This document shows positions 53,646-63,444 of a DNA stretch of 64,000 nucleotides, in pieces. Each line of letters begins with the position of its first letter. Within the stretch, counting starts at the first letter, position 1. Under the pieces are notes generated by a model that worked only from the letters and a program-made list of their open reading frames with translations, was not told the DNA's origin and made no database searches. A program made the position numbers and the translations under genes. The DNA is from Candidatus Latescibacterota bacterium (GTDB lineage Bacteria; Latescibacterota; UBA2968; UBA8231). Where the stretch lies: assembly GCA_965197905.1 (NCBI GenBank), contig CBDAOB010000003.1, positions 896,001 to 960,000 on the forward strand, written 5' to 3'.

Positions 53646-55802
53646 ATGTCAGATCTAGCCTGGTGGCTTGAGAAATCGAGCATGGATTGCTCTCCAGATA
53701 AGTATTCTGAGGGGGAACCTGTCACCTCCAACGACCTGCGCCCCAACAGTGGTCTGCGTGAGGGCGACATTTCTCACGCCGAGGTAAACGACTTTCTCCG
53801 CGTTCTTCCAAAGACGATCATATTCGGCCAGCAGAATCGGCTCCGCCCCGACGGCTTATTGCTGGATGATGAGAAGCTGCCCCGCTTCCACTCCGGCCAC
53901 GATCTGGTAAAGTTTTTCTACAGCGGCGTACGACAGCTGCCCGAGTACATCGTGGACGCGCTGCTGGCCAGCGGTATAAGCATCACGCTGGTGAAGAGCA
54001 CGGACCTGCTGGTTTACTATCACCCCAGGAAGCATCAGTCGTTTCATACCGGGCGTACTCGTAAGACGATCTACATACCCGAAATGGTTCTGCTGGAGGC
54101 GTACGACAAGGGGTACGATTACTGGGCGATCAGCGAAGTTATCATCGAGGAATCCTGGCCTCTCCTAGACTACCTGCTGATTCTGGATCTGGTCCGTCGC
54201 TCTCAGAGCCATCTTCGTGTTCGGTTTACGCTCGGACGCGGGTTTGTCCTAGAAACATTAAGACAGGCCAACAAACATCTAATGGAGAACGAGGACTATA
54301 CTGAGAACGAGTTCAATCTGTTCTTCGGGCAGTACCAGAACAAATTTCTGGCGATGGGTCGGGAGATCCTTGAAAAGGACGCCACCGAGCTGGTCGATGA
54401 GATCTTCGACGAAGAAAAGGAGCGGACATGGGCAAGCAACAAGCTCTACAGTGTCGTCCAGTCCTTCAACTACCCGACATTCTACAACATCGATCGCGAC
54501 ATCGTGCACCCGGCGGCTATGCGCATTGCCACCAATCGGGGCATTCCAACCGAGCCGCAAACGGTGGAGGATTATCTCCACGATCTTGGAGACGCAGCCC
54601 GCTTCGAGACTGGAGTCCAGATCAAGACCGATGCTATCATCGACAAGCTCATCGCCATCGGCGCACCGGGGATCCGCGGTTACGCCAGCCTCGGCTGGAG
54701 CATGGAGGTGTTTTACGGGGCTGGCTACTACCCCACCCTCGAGTTCAAACGCAAGCTACAGGTCTTTTCAGCCTCTCCCCCCGACGGCATTCCCGGAAGC
54801 ATATCACACGATTTCGAACGCCTGTTGCATCTGGAAGAGTTTGAGGAGCTACATCGGCGCTATCTGGACTTCGACCAACTTCCCTTCAGGCGGAAACGCC
54901 TGATACTTCTGAAATTGCTCGACGCATCGGGCACGGCGGATCGACGTCAACTGACCTTCGAGATCGACAATACACTGTCCTACGCCAACGACGACACTGC
55001 GATCTTGCGCGGACTCGCAGATATTTTCTACGAATACTATCTGAATGTGGATCGGCAAGAGCCCGATTGGGAGAGTTACTTTCTGGGACGCACATTGGTC
55101 AAACTCGATAGACACCCCGAATATCACGAAACGATTCTCCCCCAGTATATGAGTTTGAGTGACCATCCGATCCCGGTCTTGTCAGACGATCAGGGAGCGA
55201 GGGTGATGGCCTTGATGGCGCTGATACCTGAAGACCCGCTACGTCAATCCTTCGATCCGCAGCGTCTGCGGGCCCGTCTGTATCTATTCGAGCAGGCGCA
55301 CGCCACAGATCCCAATGATGGGGAGCTGGTCCCTCTTCTCGTGGGTATCCTACTGCGTCTGGATCGCTGCGAGTACTATGATCAGATTGCGGCAACCGTG
55401 AGAGCCCTGGGTGAAGTGACCAGGCCGATCTGTCTCGAACTGGTTGAACAGATCGGCGAGAAGGACCTTCGGCGGCAGAGGATTCGGCAGACAGCCCTGC
55501 GCCTGCTCGCAAGCTCTGAACCTAGCGAAAAGTCAAACGATGCCGTCGCTGGTGCCGAAGGGGCCATGAATTCTCCGCTGCTGATCCAGGGTTTCTACCA
55601 GGTAATGGGCAAAGAGGCAGCCGTTTTTGACTTTGGAGACGGACCGGTCTTCGGTCGCGACCAGCCAATGATTTCGACGATGAAAGATGAAGGGTTTACT
55701 CGCGAACGGATCGCCGCAGCGCTCACTGCAGAGGATGCTGAAATCCCCCGTGAGCACCGGGCTGTTCTGCGGGTCCTTTTTTGTGGGGGATATAACACCT
55801 AG
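53646..55802 (+). CDS. Conserved hypothetical protein (paralogue of 1809-3701)
   Basis: 718-aa ORF with the same conserved blocks as the 1809 ORF; true start may be ATG 53682. Confidence 0.8.
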   Translation: MSDLAWWLEKSSMDCSPDKYSEGEPVTSNDLRPNSGLREGDISHAEVNDFLRVLPKTIIFGQQNRLRPDGLLLDDEKLPRFHSGHDLVKFFYSGVRQLPEYIVDALLASGISITLVKSTDLLVYYHPRKHQSFHTGRTRKTIYIPEMVLLEAYDKGYDYWAISEVIIEESWPLLDYLLILDLVRRSQSHLRVRFTLGRGFVLETLRQANKHLMENEDYTENEFNLFFGQYQNKFLAMGREILEKDATELVDEIFDEEKERTWASNKLYSVVQSFNYPTFYNIDRDIVHPAAMRIATNRGIPTEPQTVEDYLHDLGDAARFETGVQIKTDAIIDKLIAIGAPGIRGYASLGWSMEVFYGAGYYPTLEFKRKLQVFSASPPDGIPGSISHDFERLLHLEEFEELHRRYLDFDQLPFRRKRLILLKLLDASGTADRRQLTFEIDNTLSYANDDTAILRGLADIFYEYYLNVDRQEPDWESYFLGRTLVKLDRHPEYHETILPQYMSLSDHPIPVLSDDQGARVMALMALIPEDPLRQSFDPQRLRARLYLFEQAHATDPNDGELVPLLVGILLRLDRCEYYDQIAATVRALGEVTRPICLELVEQIGEKDLRRQRIRQTALRLLASSEPSEKSNDAVAGAEGAMNSPLLIQGFYQVMGKEAAVFDFGDGPVFGRDQPMISTMKDEGFTRERIAAALTAEDAEIPREHRAVLRVLFCGGYNT

Positions 55803-55901
55803 CGGCGGTGCGAATCACGACGACCACAGACGCGGACCGATCCGGCCAGGCACGATAACCCGAGCCGGTCGTTGGACGACGCGAGTTTTCCCCTCGGACG
55901 C

Positions 55902-57389
55902 CTAGACGAACTGAATGGAATAAAGACAGGCACTCCTTATTTCCAGGTTTAGACGCACTGGCTTTCCTTCCAGCTGAGAAAGATCAGCCCCTTCCCATTT
56001 CATTGCGTGTTTACCGCTCTTCAAAATCTGGCTCGAATTGTCGAAAGTGAATCCTTCGATCTTGCCGCCGGACTGATCTGTAAGAGATGCACGCACCTCA
56101 CATTCATCGAAGTTCATGACATCCGTCGGAACGCTCTGAGGCACAGATGCGTCCACGTCGATCAGCAGCTTTGAGCCTTTGAAGATGATGGGTCTGGTGA
56201 TGATCCGCCCTTGATTGGGCCCTGCCAGCAAACCAGCCCAACGGTCCTCAGGGGTGGTGGCCAGGTTGACGGTCATGACGCAACGTTCGCCCAGTCTGGT
56301 TGGATTGGAGCTGTGGGCGCCGCTGAAACCGGTGTAGTAGATCCAGATCTGACCGTCGTGCAGGATCGGTCCAGAGGGCATCAAGTAGCCGGCATCGTAG
56401 GAGCCGACCTCGCCGCGATACAGAAAGGGCATTTCACGGTCCACCCAGTTCCAGTTGAAACCGTCGCGACTGCTCATCAGGAAGACATCCCAGACCTGGT
56501 CATGGGTCTTGTGCACCATGAGGAAGCCGAGGTAGAACTCCCCAAAAATCCCGGCGGTAAAGTACTGGTATTGGTGATCGACCCGGTCCTTGGCGTCAGG
56601 TGCCAGCATCATCCGCGTATCCGTCCAGTCTTCGAAGTCATCGCTTTCGGCATACCCTACGGTGCGGATGTGGCGGTGGCTGCCGATGTTGTCGATTTCA
56701 AAGGCAAGAGGGTGACCGGGCCGAAAGTATCCAACGTATTTCTGTCGCAGGTGATCCCATCCCAGCACGGAGTTCGCATCTGCCACGTTCGTAGGGTAGA
56801 GCACGACCGCCTTATTGTTGTAGGTCCAGTGGAGGCCGTCGGGAGAGTAGGCGTTGACCATGCCGCCGGGGGGCTGGTGGCCTCCTGGACCGTGCATCTC
56901 ACCCTGGGCTTTGTAACGCCGCTGCGGGTCGGGATCGCGGGGATCTTTGAAGGTATTGTAGTAGCTCGGCTCGCCGTGTATGCCAAGCAGATTGTTCTTC
57001 GTGGAGCCCTCGAATTCGATGAGACCGAGCTCCGGTTTGTCCCAGTTGTAGCCGTCGGTGGAGGTGGCGTAGCACCAGGGCCGGCGGCCCCTGTCCAGGG
57101 CCCAGGGCACATACCACATCTTGAAGATCTTCTCCTCCTTATCGTAGAGCACTGTCTGTCCCACGATCTCCACGCCTTCGTTCTTGCCGCCATATTTGCC
57201 CTGTTCGCAGGGACGGTCTGCCACCATGACGGGATTGTCAGCATACTTGGTGGGCCGGTACTGATAACGTGAAATGCGACTGGCTTCATCCACCAGAAGA
57301 TCGTCGACGAACAGTTGCTTCCTGTTGCCAATGTCCACGATGCCCGAAGATGGGGTGGACGCGCGTTCGAAAATGGATCCTGTTTTCAC
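55902..57389 (-). CDS. Five-bladed beta-propeller glycoside-hydrolase-like protein
   Basis: KQLFVDD, STDGYNWDKPELG, SPDGLHW, SRDGFNW; GAGGAG RBS with GTG start. Confidence 0.78.
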   Translation of the reverse strand: MKTGSIFERASTPSSGIVDIGNRKQLFVDDLLVDEASRISRYQYRPTKYADNPVMVADRPCEQGKYGGKNEGVEIVGQTVLYDKEEKIFKMWYVPWALDRGRRPWCYATSTDGYNWDKPELGLIEFEGSTKNNLLGIHGEPSYYNTFKDPRDPDPQRRYKAQGEMHGPGGHQPPGGMVNAYSPDGLHWTYNNKAVVLYPTNVADANSVLGWDHLRQKYVGYFRPGHPLAFEIDNIGSHRHIRTVGYAESDDFEDWTDTRMMLAPDAKDRVDHQYQYFTAGIFGEFYLGFLMVHKTHDQVWDVFLMSSRDGFNWNWVDREMPFLYRGEVGSYDAGYLMPSGPILHDGQIWIYYTGFSGAHSSNPTRLGERCVMTVNLATTPEDRWAGLLAGPNQGRIITRPIIFKGSKLLIDVDASVPQSVPTDVMNFDECEVRASLTDQSGGKIEGFTFDNSSQILKSGKHAMKWEGADLSQLEGKPVRLNLEIRSACLYSIQFV

Positions 57390-57595
57390 AGTTCGTTCTC
57401 CTCTTGATTGAATTCACACTGCCAGGCGTTGTGGTCATCAGACGGCGGGCCGCATATAGAGCTGATGCCGGCTTTCGACAATTAACCCTTCGTCATCACC
57501 AAGTCAATGGCAGTAGAGTAACTACTTGTTAATTTACGATTTACGTGGCAATTTCGAAACGTCCCTGACTTTTTTACACAATTGAATAAAAAACC

Positions 57596-57624
57596 TTGAT
57601 CAATTATTCGATAGCTGCTAAATT
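57596..57624 (+). promoter_or_regulatory. Sigma70-type promoter for the wHTH-pentapeptide gene
   Basis: TTGATC (57596-601), 17-nt spacer, TGc-TAAATT (57616-24), AT-rich upstream tract. Confidence 0.6.
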
Positions 57625-57629
57625 ATGTC

Positions 57630-57645
57630 TGCGGGAATTCCCGCA
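57630..57645. promoter_or_regulatory. Perfect 16-bp palindrome, candidate operator
   Basis: TGCGGGAATTCCCGCA equals its own reverse complement and overlaps the predicted +1. Confidence 0.6.
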
Positions 57646-57670
57646 ATCGCAATTACCATAGGCTGGATCT

Positions 57671-58891
57671 ATGAACGACTCGAGTCAGGAAATTTATCGG
57701 CATCTGGTCAAGGAAGCCCAGGCACCGATCCGCGATGGCGTGGTCGCCCAGACCGTTCCGGAAATGTCCGCGGCTGTCGGAAAGAGTGTCCGTTCCGTCG
57801 AGTACGCATTGAAGGACCTAAAGACTGATGGTCTGGTGCTTGAGCGGAAACATCGGTTGACCCGGGTGAAACTGCCCAACGGGCCAGGCCGGATGTTCAT
57901 ACGGGCCGATCTTTCCGGGCGCGACTTGCGAGACATGAACCTCGTAGGCGCCGATTTGTCCGCTGCAAATCTCACCGGCGCGGACCTTCGAGGGGTGAAT
58001 CTACGGGGCGCCAAACTGAATGAAACGACGCTGCGCGATGCGGATCTCGAGGGAGCTTGCATGAGAAACGTCACCGCCTTCAGGGCCGATTTCACCGGTG
58101 CCAACATTGTTGACACGGACGGGGCGGGCGGCCGTTTCCCACGAGTTCAGCTGGCGGGCGCCACTGTGCGGAACTTCCGAGTCGCTACCCCCTTGCAAAA
58201 TCAGAATATGTGGGATCATGCGTCTGTGGAGGTGGAGCAGCTGCCGGAGATGGTCGGGATCGGCCACACGCATTACTTGATGGCTATGTGGATGGAGGAA
58301 GCAATGAAGCACCATCCGCATTCGCCGGCTGTCTCAGGCCTGGTTGAAAGCGAGAGATACGGTTGCTGGGGAGAGTATTTGACTTTCGTGGGTCTGCATC
58401 ACCCCGAGTATCTTCGCGAATTTATCGCAGCCGGGAGGTGCGAAGACACGGATCCAATGTTACAGGAAAGCCTGGAGGAAGGCCTGTCATTCCTGTACGC
58501 TGCGCTGAATGGTGTTCCTGCGATCAAATTCGTCGAGGATCTGCTCTCGCACCCACTGCCCCGAATGTGGGCGGTGCATTATCAGTGGCGGCTGCAGCTT
58601 TTCAAAGATCAAGTCGGCTATAAATCGGTGGTGAGTCCGGAAGAGCTGGACAGCATCGGAGGATGCCCCACCGATCAGTGGGATTCGTTTGATCAACAGT
58701 GGTCACCCGAAACGGTTTTTCTGCCCAAGCTGCTGGACCATGCAACTCCCGCAGTGATAGCCAGGGTTCGAAAGAATATCGAACGAATAGGTCCGTTGGA
58801 GATCCCGGACCTGGCCGCAAAATTCTGCGCGGATTTTGAGGAAAGCGAGTATTCCGCTGGCTCTGGGAGTTATACGGAAGCTGCCGGTTAG
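57671..58891 (+). CDS. Winged-HTH + pentapeptide-repeat protein with unrecognised C-terminal domain
   Basis: TVPEMSAAVGKSVRSVEYALKDLKTDGLV (wHTH-like); A(D/N)Lxx repeats ADLSG-RDLRD-MNLVG-ADLSA-ANLTG-ADLRG. Confidence 0.8.
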   Translation: MNDSSQEIYRHLVKEAQAPIRDGVVAQTVPEMSAAVGKSVRSVEYALKDLKTDGLVLERKHRLTRVKLPNGPGRMFIRADLSGRDLRDMNLVGADLSAANLTGADLRGVNLRGAKLNETTLRDADLEGACMRNVTAFRADFTGANIVDTDGAGGRFPRVQLAGATVRNFRVATPLQNQNMWDHASVEVEQLPEMVGIGHTHYLMAMWMEEAMKHHPHSPAVSGLVESERYGCWGEYLTFVGLHHPEYLREFIAAGRCEDTDPMLQESLEEGLSFLYAALNGVPAIKFVEDLLSHPLPRMWAVHYQWRLQLFKDQVGYKSVVSPEELDSIGGCPTDQWDSFDQQWSPETVFLPKLLDHATPAVIARVRKNIERIGPLEIPDLAAKFCADFEESEYSAGSGSYTEAAG

Positions 58892-58894
58892 TAC

Positions 58895-58939
58895 AAAAAA
58901 ATAGGCGCATCGTCAGGTCGGCAAACTCGCCGATGCGCC
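58895..58939 (-). terminator. Intrinsic terminator for a minus-strand transcript
   Basis: 9-bp stem GGCGCATCG(58904-12)/CGATGCGCC(58931-39) with an A7 run at 58895-901, which is the U-tail on the minus strand. Confidence 0.7.
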
Positions 58940-58981
58940 ATATTGCACAAGGATCACCCTAGGAGGGTTGGACCATGTACG
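58895..58981 (-). ncRNA. Predicted ~85-nt antisense sRNA
   Basis: Lies between a minus-strand promoter and a minus-strand terminator; complementary to the RBS and ATG of the ORF at 58975. Confidence 0.5.
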
Positions 58982-59052
58982 TATCACAATCTACGAATCA
59001 AGAATTCTTATTGCAAGAAAATATTCGTGGCTGCATGCGGGTGGGGCAATAA
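58975..59052 (+). CDS. 25-aa leader-like peptide MYVSQSTNQEFLLQENIRGCMRVGQ
   Basis: AGGAGG (58961-66) 8 nt before ATG; its stop overlaps the next start (TAATG). Confidence 0.5.
   Translation: MYVSQSTNQEFLLQENIRGCMRVGQ
58988..59016 (-). promoter_or_regulatory. Minus-strand sigma70-type promoter
   Basis: TTGCAA (59016-11), 17-nt spacer, TAGATT (58993-88). Confidence 0.6.
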
Positions 59053-59255
59053 TGTCTCGCGCGACCTACCGGCACGTGACCGACGAAGGAATCCTCGAGA
59101 TCGACGAGACTCGAGCCCGCATTTTGATCGAGTCCCGCTACCAGCCCTCCGTCCATGCCGTCATGATGAATGATCTACAGGCTGGCAACCGAATCGAAGT
59201 GCGCAAGGGCCACATTGAAGTGGTGCAAACGTTGTCCGCGGAGGCTGAAGCCTGA
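59052..59255 (+). CDS. Small hypothetical protein (67 aa)
   Basis: MSRATYRHVTDEGILEIDETRARILIESRY...; ATG within the TAATG overlap; weak hairpin and T-run at 59276-59300 downstream. Confidence 0.6.
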   Translation: MSRATYRHVTDEGILEIDETRARILIESRYQPSVHAVMMNDLQAGNRIEVRKGHIEVVQTLSAEAEA

Positions 59256-59686
59256 TATCAGCCCGCTCCGGGCGCGGCCGGTCCATTCGGCCACCTTTTT
59301 GCAAGGCCGCCATGGCCTCGCTGACCATTGATCTCTAAATCTCGCCTCGCCTAACAAACTGCACGGTTTCGCCGCAGATCCCTCGCTAAAATCTGTTCTA
59401 CATCTGCTCGGATCACTTCCTCAGAAACGTGTGTAAGGTCTTCTGGGAGTAAGGTTCCGGCCAAGGATTGACCACAACGCCGAGACTGGCAAATGCCCTT
59501 GCCTAGGACCTCGTGCATCCTCACAGGCCGGTTGGTGTTTCGTCGCGTCCTAGGTAGATTGAGCCGTCGCGGGCGCCGTGACCAATACCTTCATCCATCT
59601 CAAGCGATTTCCCGGCTCCTGCAAGCTCACCATGACAAGGAAGGGCTCCGCAGGGAGCTGTCAACTCGGATCACCAGAGTCATTGA

Positions 59687-60675
59687 ATGTCCCCTAATGA
59701 TGCACTGAAAATCGCGGTTATTGGTGGCGGTAATATCGCTCAGAAGCACCTGCCGGTGCTCAAGGACATCGCTGAGGCCGAGCTTGCAAGTCTCGTCGAC
59801 GCCAACCCGCAGACGTTGCACGAAAGCGCCGATCGTTTTGGTATTCCGAATCGCTGGTCTTCCCACCAAGACCTGCTGGAAAAGGACCGGCCCGATGCGG
59901 TATTCGTCATGGTCAGCGTGTTGAGCATGGCGGAGGTGGCCGCGGAATTTGTTCAGGCGGGAATCCCGACTTTTCTGGAGAAACCTCCCGGACTCTATAC
60001 TTCCGATACGCGTCGGCTCGCTGCGCTGGCTGAGGAACACAATATCCTGGCGATGGTGGGTGTTAACCGGCGCTTCTATTCGACGATGCTCGAAGGCCGG
60101 AAACGGTTGCTGGAGGAAGGTCCCATTCGCAGCATTACCGTTGAGGCGCATGAGAGTATTCAGCGGGTGCGTGACAATGCTGCCAAGTGGCCCGAGGAGG
60201 TTATGCGGCGGTGGAGCGCGGCCAACGGCATCCACGCCCTCGACCAGCTGCGCTTTTTCGCCGGAGATGTGGAAAATATCGATGCACGGCACCATACCGT
60301 GGAAGGTCCGATGCCGGATTGCTGCACGGCATATATCGAGTTCGAGCAGGGGGCCGTAGGCCGGGGCGCTCATGGACTGGTTCGCACCGGGGACCCTTCC
60401 GCTTTGACGTGCGGGCCGTTGGCGCCACCCTCACCTGTGTGGACGGATTCAATCGACTCAGCTTTCAGCGGCGCGGCCACGATGCGGAATTCATCGAGCT
60501 GAACGAGATCGACCGGCGCTACAAGGCCGGTTTTTTTCGACAGGACCAGACCTTCATAGATTGTGTCCGCAGTGGCAAACCGCTTCCTTCCCCGGCGTGT
60601 ACGCTGGACGATGCCGTTAAAACTATGGAGCTGGTGGATGCGGTGGCGGGCACTGGAGAAGTCGAGGAGCGATAG
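59687..60675 (+). CDS. Gfo/Idh/MocA oxidoreductase; frameshift in G-run near 60365
   Basis: IAVIGGGNIA, LEKPPG, VGVNRRFY, IHALD. Deleting one G gives GRALMDWF and the 60187-60675 frame C-terminus (AVKTMELVDA). Confidence 0.85.
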
Positions 60676-60698
60676 GTCGTTAAGGATCACATGTGACG

Positions 60699-62110
60699 AT
60701 GGACACGAGCATTCTTCGGAGCGAGGTCGGCAGGCGGCATTTCATCAAAGCCTGTTCCCTGGCCTCTTTCGCTGCCGTGAGTGTTGTGGATCTAGCAGAA
60801 AAGCCAATCCCCAGGGTTATCAAGACGTGGACGAAGAAATCATCGTGGTAGGAGCAGGTGTGGCCGGACTTGCTGCGGCCAGAAGCTTAACGTGGCAGGG
60901 GTTCAAGGTTACGATTTTCGAAGGACGCGAAAGGATAGGCGGCCGCATCTGGACGGATCGTTCCTTGGGCATTCCCCTCGACCTTGGGGCATCGTGGATA
61001 CACGGTATCCGGCGGAATCCGCTGACCGATATCGCTAACGACGCTGGGATTCGAACGGTCAAGACAGATTTCGACGCGATAAAACTCTACGACATCGATG
61101 GCACCGTGCTGGCGGATGACGATCTAGACGACCTCGAGGAACTCTTCGAGCGGATATTTGAGGACCTACTGGAGGCCAAAAGATCTGCGGGGGACGACGC
61201 CTCGGTGGCCGGCGCTGTCGCTTCGGTTCTGTCGCGTTACGACTTGAGCAATGCGCAACGGCGTGGTGTTGAGTGGGTCATCGCCTCGGAGCTCGAACTG
61301 GAAGCGGCAGCCGATCTGGATGAGCTGTCGTTGCGAAGTTGGGATGAGGACGACGCCTTCAAGGGAGATGACGTGCTCTTTCCAGACGGGTATTCCCAGG
61401 TGCCCGAGCTGCTGGCCGAAGGACTCGAAATCCAGCTGGATCACCTCGTCTCGGAGATTGCGTACGATGAGCGAGGCGTGGCCGTCACCACGAATCGCGG
61501 CGTATTCCGCGGCGACCGAGCGGTGATCACTCTGCCGCTGGGCGTACTTCGCGAAGGCACGGTAAGGTTTTCACCGGTGCTACCGGACAGCAAACTAAGC
61601 GCCATCCAAGATCTACAGATGGGAACGCTGAACAAGATCGCCATGCGTTTTGGCGAACGGTTCTGGCCGGCTGAGCCGCATTTCCTGGGATATCTGGATG
61701 AGACAGCAGAAGAAGCGATGAACTTCCTGAACATGCACACCTACACCGGCGAGCCCGTGATCATCGCTTTCGCACGCGGGGCGCACGCTCGTTCTCTCGA
61801 GCAGCTTCCGCACGATGACATAGTGGAGCGGGTTATGGCCGATCTTCGCAAGATGTTTGGAAATTCGATCAGCGATCCCACGAGTGCCACTTTCACCAAA
61901 TGGCACGCAGATCCATGGGCGCGCGGATCTTACTCCCATGTGCCGCCGGGTGGAAGCATGGCAGACTACGTGGAACTGGCCCAACCCGTCGGAGACCGTT
62001 TGTTCTTCGCCGGCGAAGCGACGACAAGAAGGTATCCCGGAACGGTTCACGGGGCGCTGTTGTCCGGGGAACGCGAAGCCGAGCGAATTGCACAACGCGC
62101 CATCTCCTAA
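60699..62110 (+). CDS. Flavin-containing amine oxidase, probable Tat-exported lipoprotein; frameshift near 60783
   Basis: VVGAGVAGLAAA, RIGGRI, LGASWIHG, GSYS, FAGEAT...GTVHGALLSG. Out-of-frame N-terminus MDTSILRSEVGRRHFIKACSLASFAAVS(GC) carries twin-Arg and lipobox motifs. Confidence 0.85.
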
Positions 62111-62257
62111 CGCCGAGGTTTCTCGCGCCCGCAGTCAACGCCTAACGCCAACAAAACAGAAAGTCTGGATTCGAGCGGCTTAAACGCTTTAGACCGTCGT
62201 TGCGTCTAAAGCAGGTAGATGAGACATCCCTGTCGCCGATCTGCGGAGGATCTGTCG

Positions 62258-63115
62258 ATGACCTGGTGTATGTCCCAGCGGAGCTTCCTGCTTGTGGTGG
62301 CTGCCATTCCAGTTCTGTTGGGCGCGACTCCCCAAGCTGCTTGGGCGGGCGCCTGGGCACAGCCAAAGGGCCAGTACTATACAAAACTCTCCAGCAGCAT
62401 CTACCGTTCGGACGAACTGTTCAACGCGGTCGGTGACCGGCAGCCTATCTCCATCTACGGCTCCGACTTCAGGGCGAATCAGGCTTTCCTCTATGTCGAA
62501 TACGGCGTGCTCGACCGCCTGACGCTGATCGCTCAACTCGGCGCCGCATCTTTGGAGCAAGAGAGCAAGATCCGGCACAATCTACTACGTCTGAACACGA
62601 GTGGTGTCGGTGATCTGGAGTTCGGCGCCAAATACCAGTTGGTGGGTGCACCGATAGTGTTTTCCCCATCGCTAAAAGTGAAAATTCCCACCTCCTACGA
62701 CGATGACCTAACTCCGGCGCTGGGCACTGGTTCCTCAGACGTCGAGCTCGGAGTTTTGGCGGCCCGATCGCTATATCCCTTGCCGCTATACGTCGGTGTA
62801 GAAGCCAGATATCGTGTCCGGGGCGGGCCGTTCTCGAATCAGATCAACGCCGGTGCCGAGTTGGGTTCCAGACCGTTGAGCCGGCTTTTCATCAAAGCGA
62901 CCCTTGAAAACAGCAGAACGCTCAACGGTAACGTCGGACTGTCCGATTCCGGGTTGGTGCAGGTTTCCGAGGGGGGTTATACCAAGCTGGGTGTCATCAC
63001 AGGACTTCGCATCAGCAGTCTGCTTTGGTTGGAGCTCTCATTTGATTCCGTCGTGGCCGGAGAAAACGTGAGTGCCGGCCATTCTTGGGGACTGGGGCTA
63101 TCGCATGCGCATTGA
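62258..63115 (+). CDS. Exported probable outer-membrane beta-barrel protein
   Basis: GGAGGA RBS; signal peptide ending AWA-GAW; YVEYG, GVGDLEFGAKYQ, LGTGSSDVE amphipathic strands. Confidence 0.7.
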   Translation: MTWCMSQRSFLLVVAAIPVLLGATPQAAWAGAWAQPKGQYYTKLSSSIYRSDELFNAVGDRQPISIYGSDFRANQAFLYVEYGVLDRLTLIAQLGAASLEQESKIRHNLLRLNTSGVGDLEFGAKYQLVGAPIVFSPSLKVKIPTSYDDDLTPALGTGSSDVELGVLAARSLYPLPLYVGVEARYRVRGGPFSNQINAGAELGSRPLSRLFIKATLENSRTLNGNVGLSDSGLVQVSEGGYTKLGVITGLRISSLLWLELSFDSVVAGENVSAGHSWGLGLSHAH

Positions 63116-63151
63116 GACATCCGCTCGAATTTCAGACCAGGAGGAAAAGCG

Positions 63152-63328
63152 ATGAGAACAGTTTTCTTGCTGCCGATCTGCACGGCTCTTGGTGCGCTGA
63201 TCCTCAGTTGCAGCCAGCACACCGAAGAGAGAATCGTCGAAGCACCCGGAGCCGGTCCGGACTCCTTCCAGGACCGCACCGGTAAGGTATGGGACTTGAC
63301 TTCTTCGAGTACGTTCTCCAGGTGCTGA
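63152..63328 (+). pseudogene. Truncated lipoprotein gene (possibly a DUF3179-like N-terminus)
   Basis: AGGAGG RBS; MRTVFLLPICTALGALILSC lipobox, DRTGKVWDLT, then a stop after 58 aa inside the antisense of another gene. Confidence 0.5.
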
Positions 63329-63444
63329 AGGCGGCGCGCCGGGCGATCGTCCTGATGTTGCCCGAAATGGTCCGGTTCATCCGCTGGGGCCAGGTGCATA
63401 TCGGAGATCACGGCAATGAAATTAGAAGAGTTGTGTGCGCCCAT
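63295..63444 (-). pseudogene. Truncated metallophosphoesterase N-terminus
   Basis: GGAAGG RBS; FIAVISDMH (DxH motif I) and helix LENVLEEVKS, but no GD/GNH motifs follow; the frame runs into the antisense of the 63152 gene. Confidence 0.55.
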
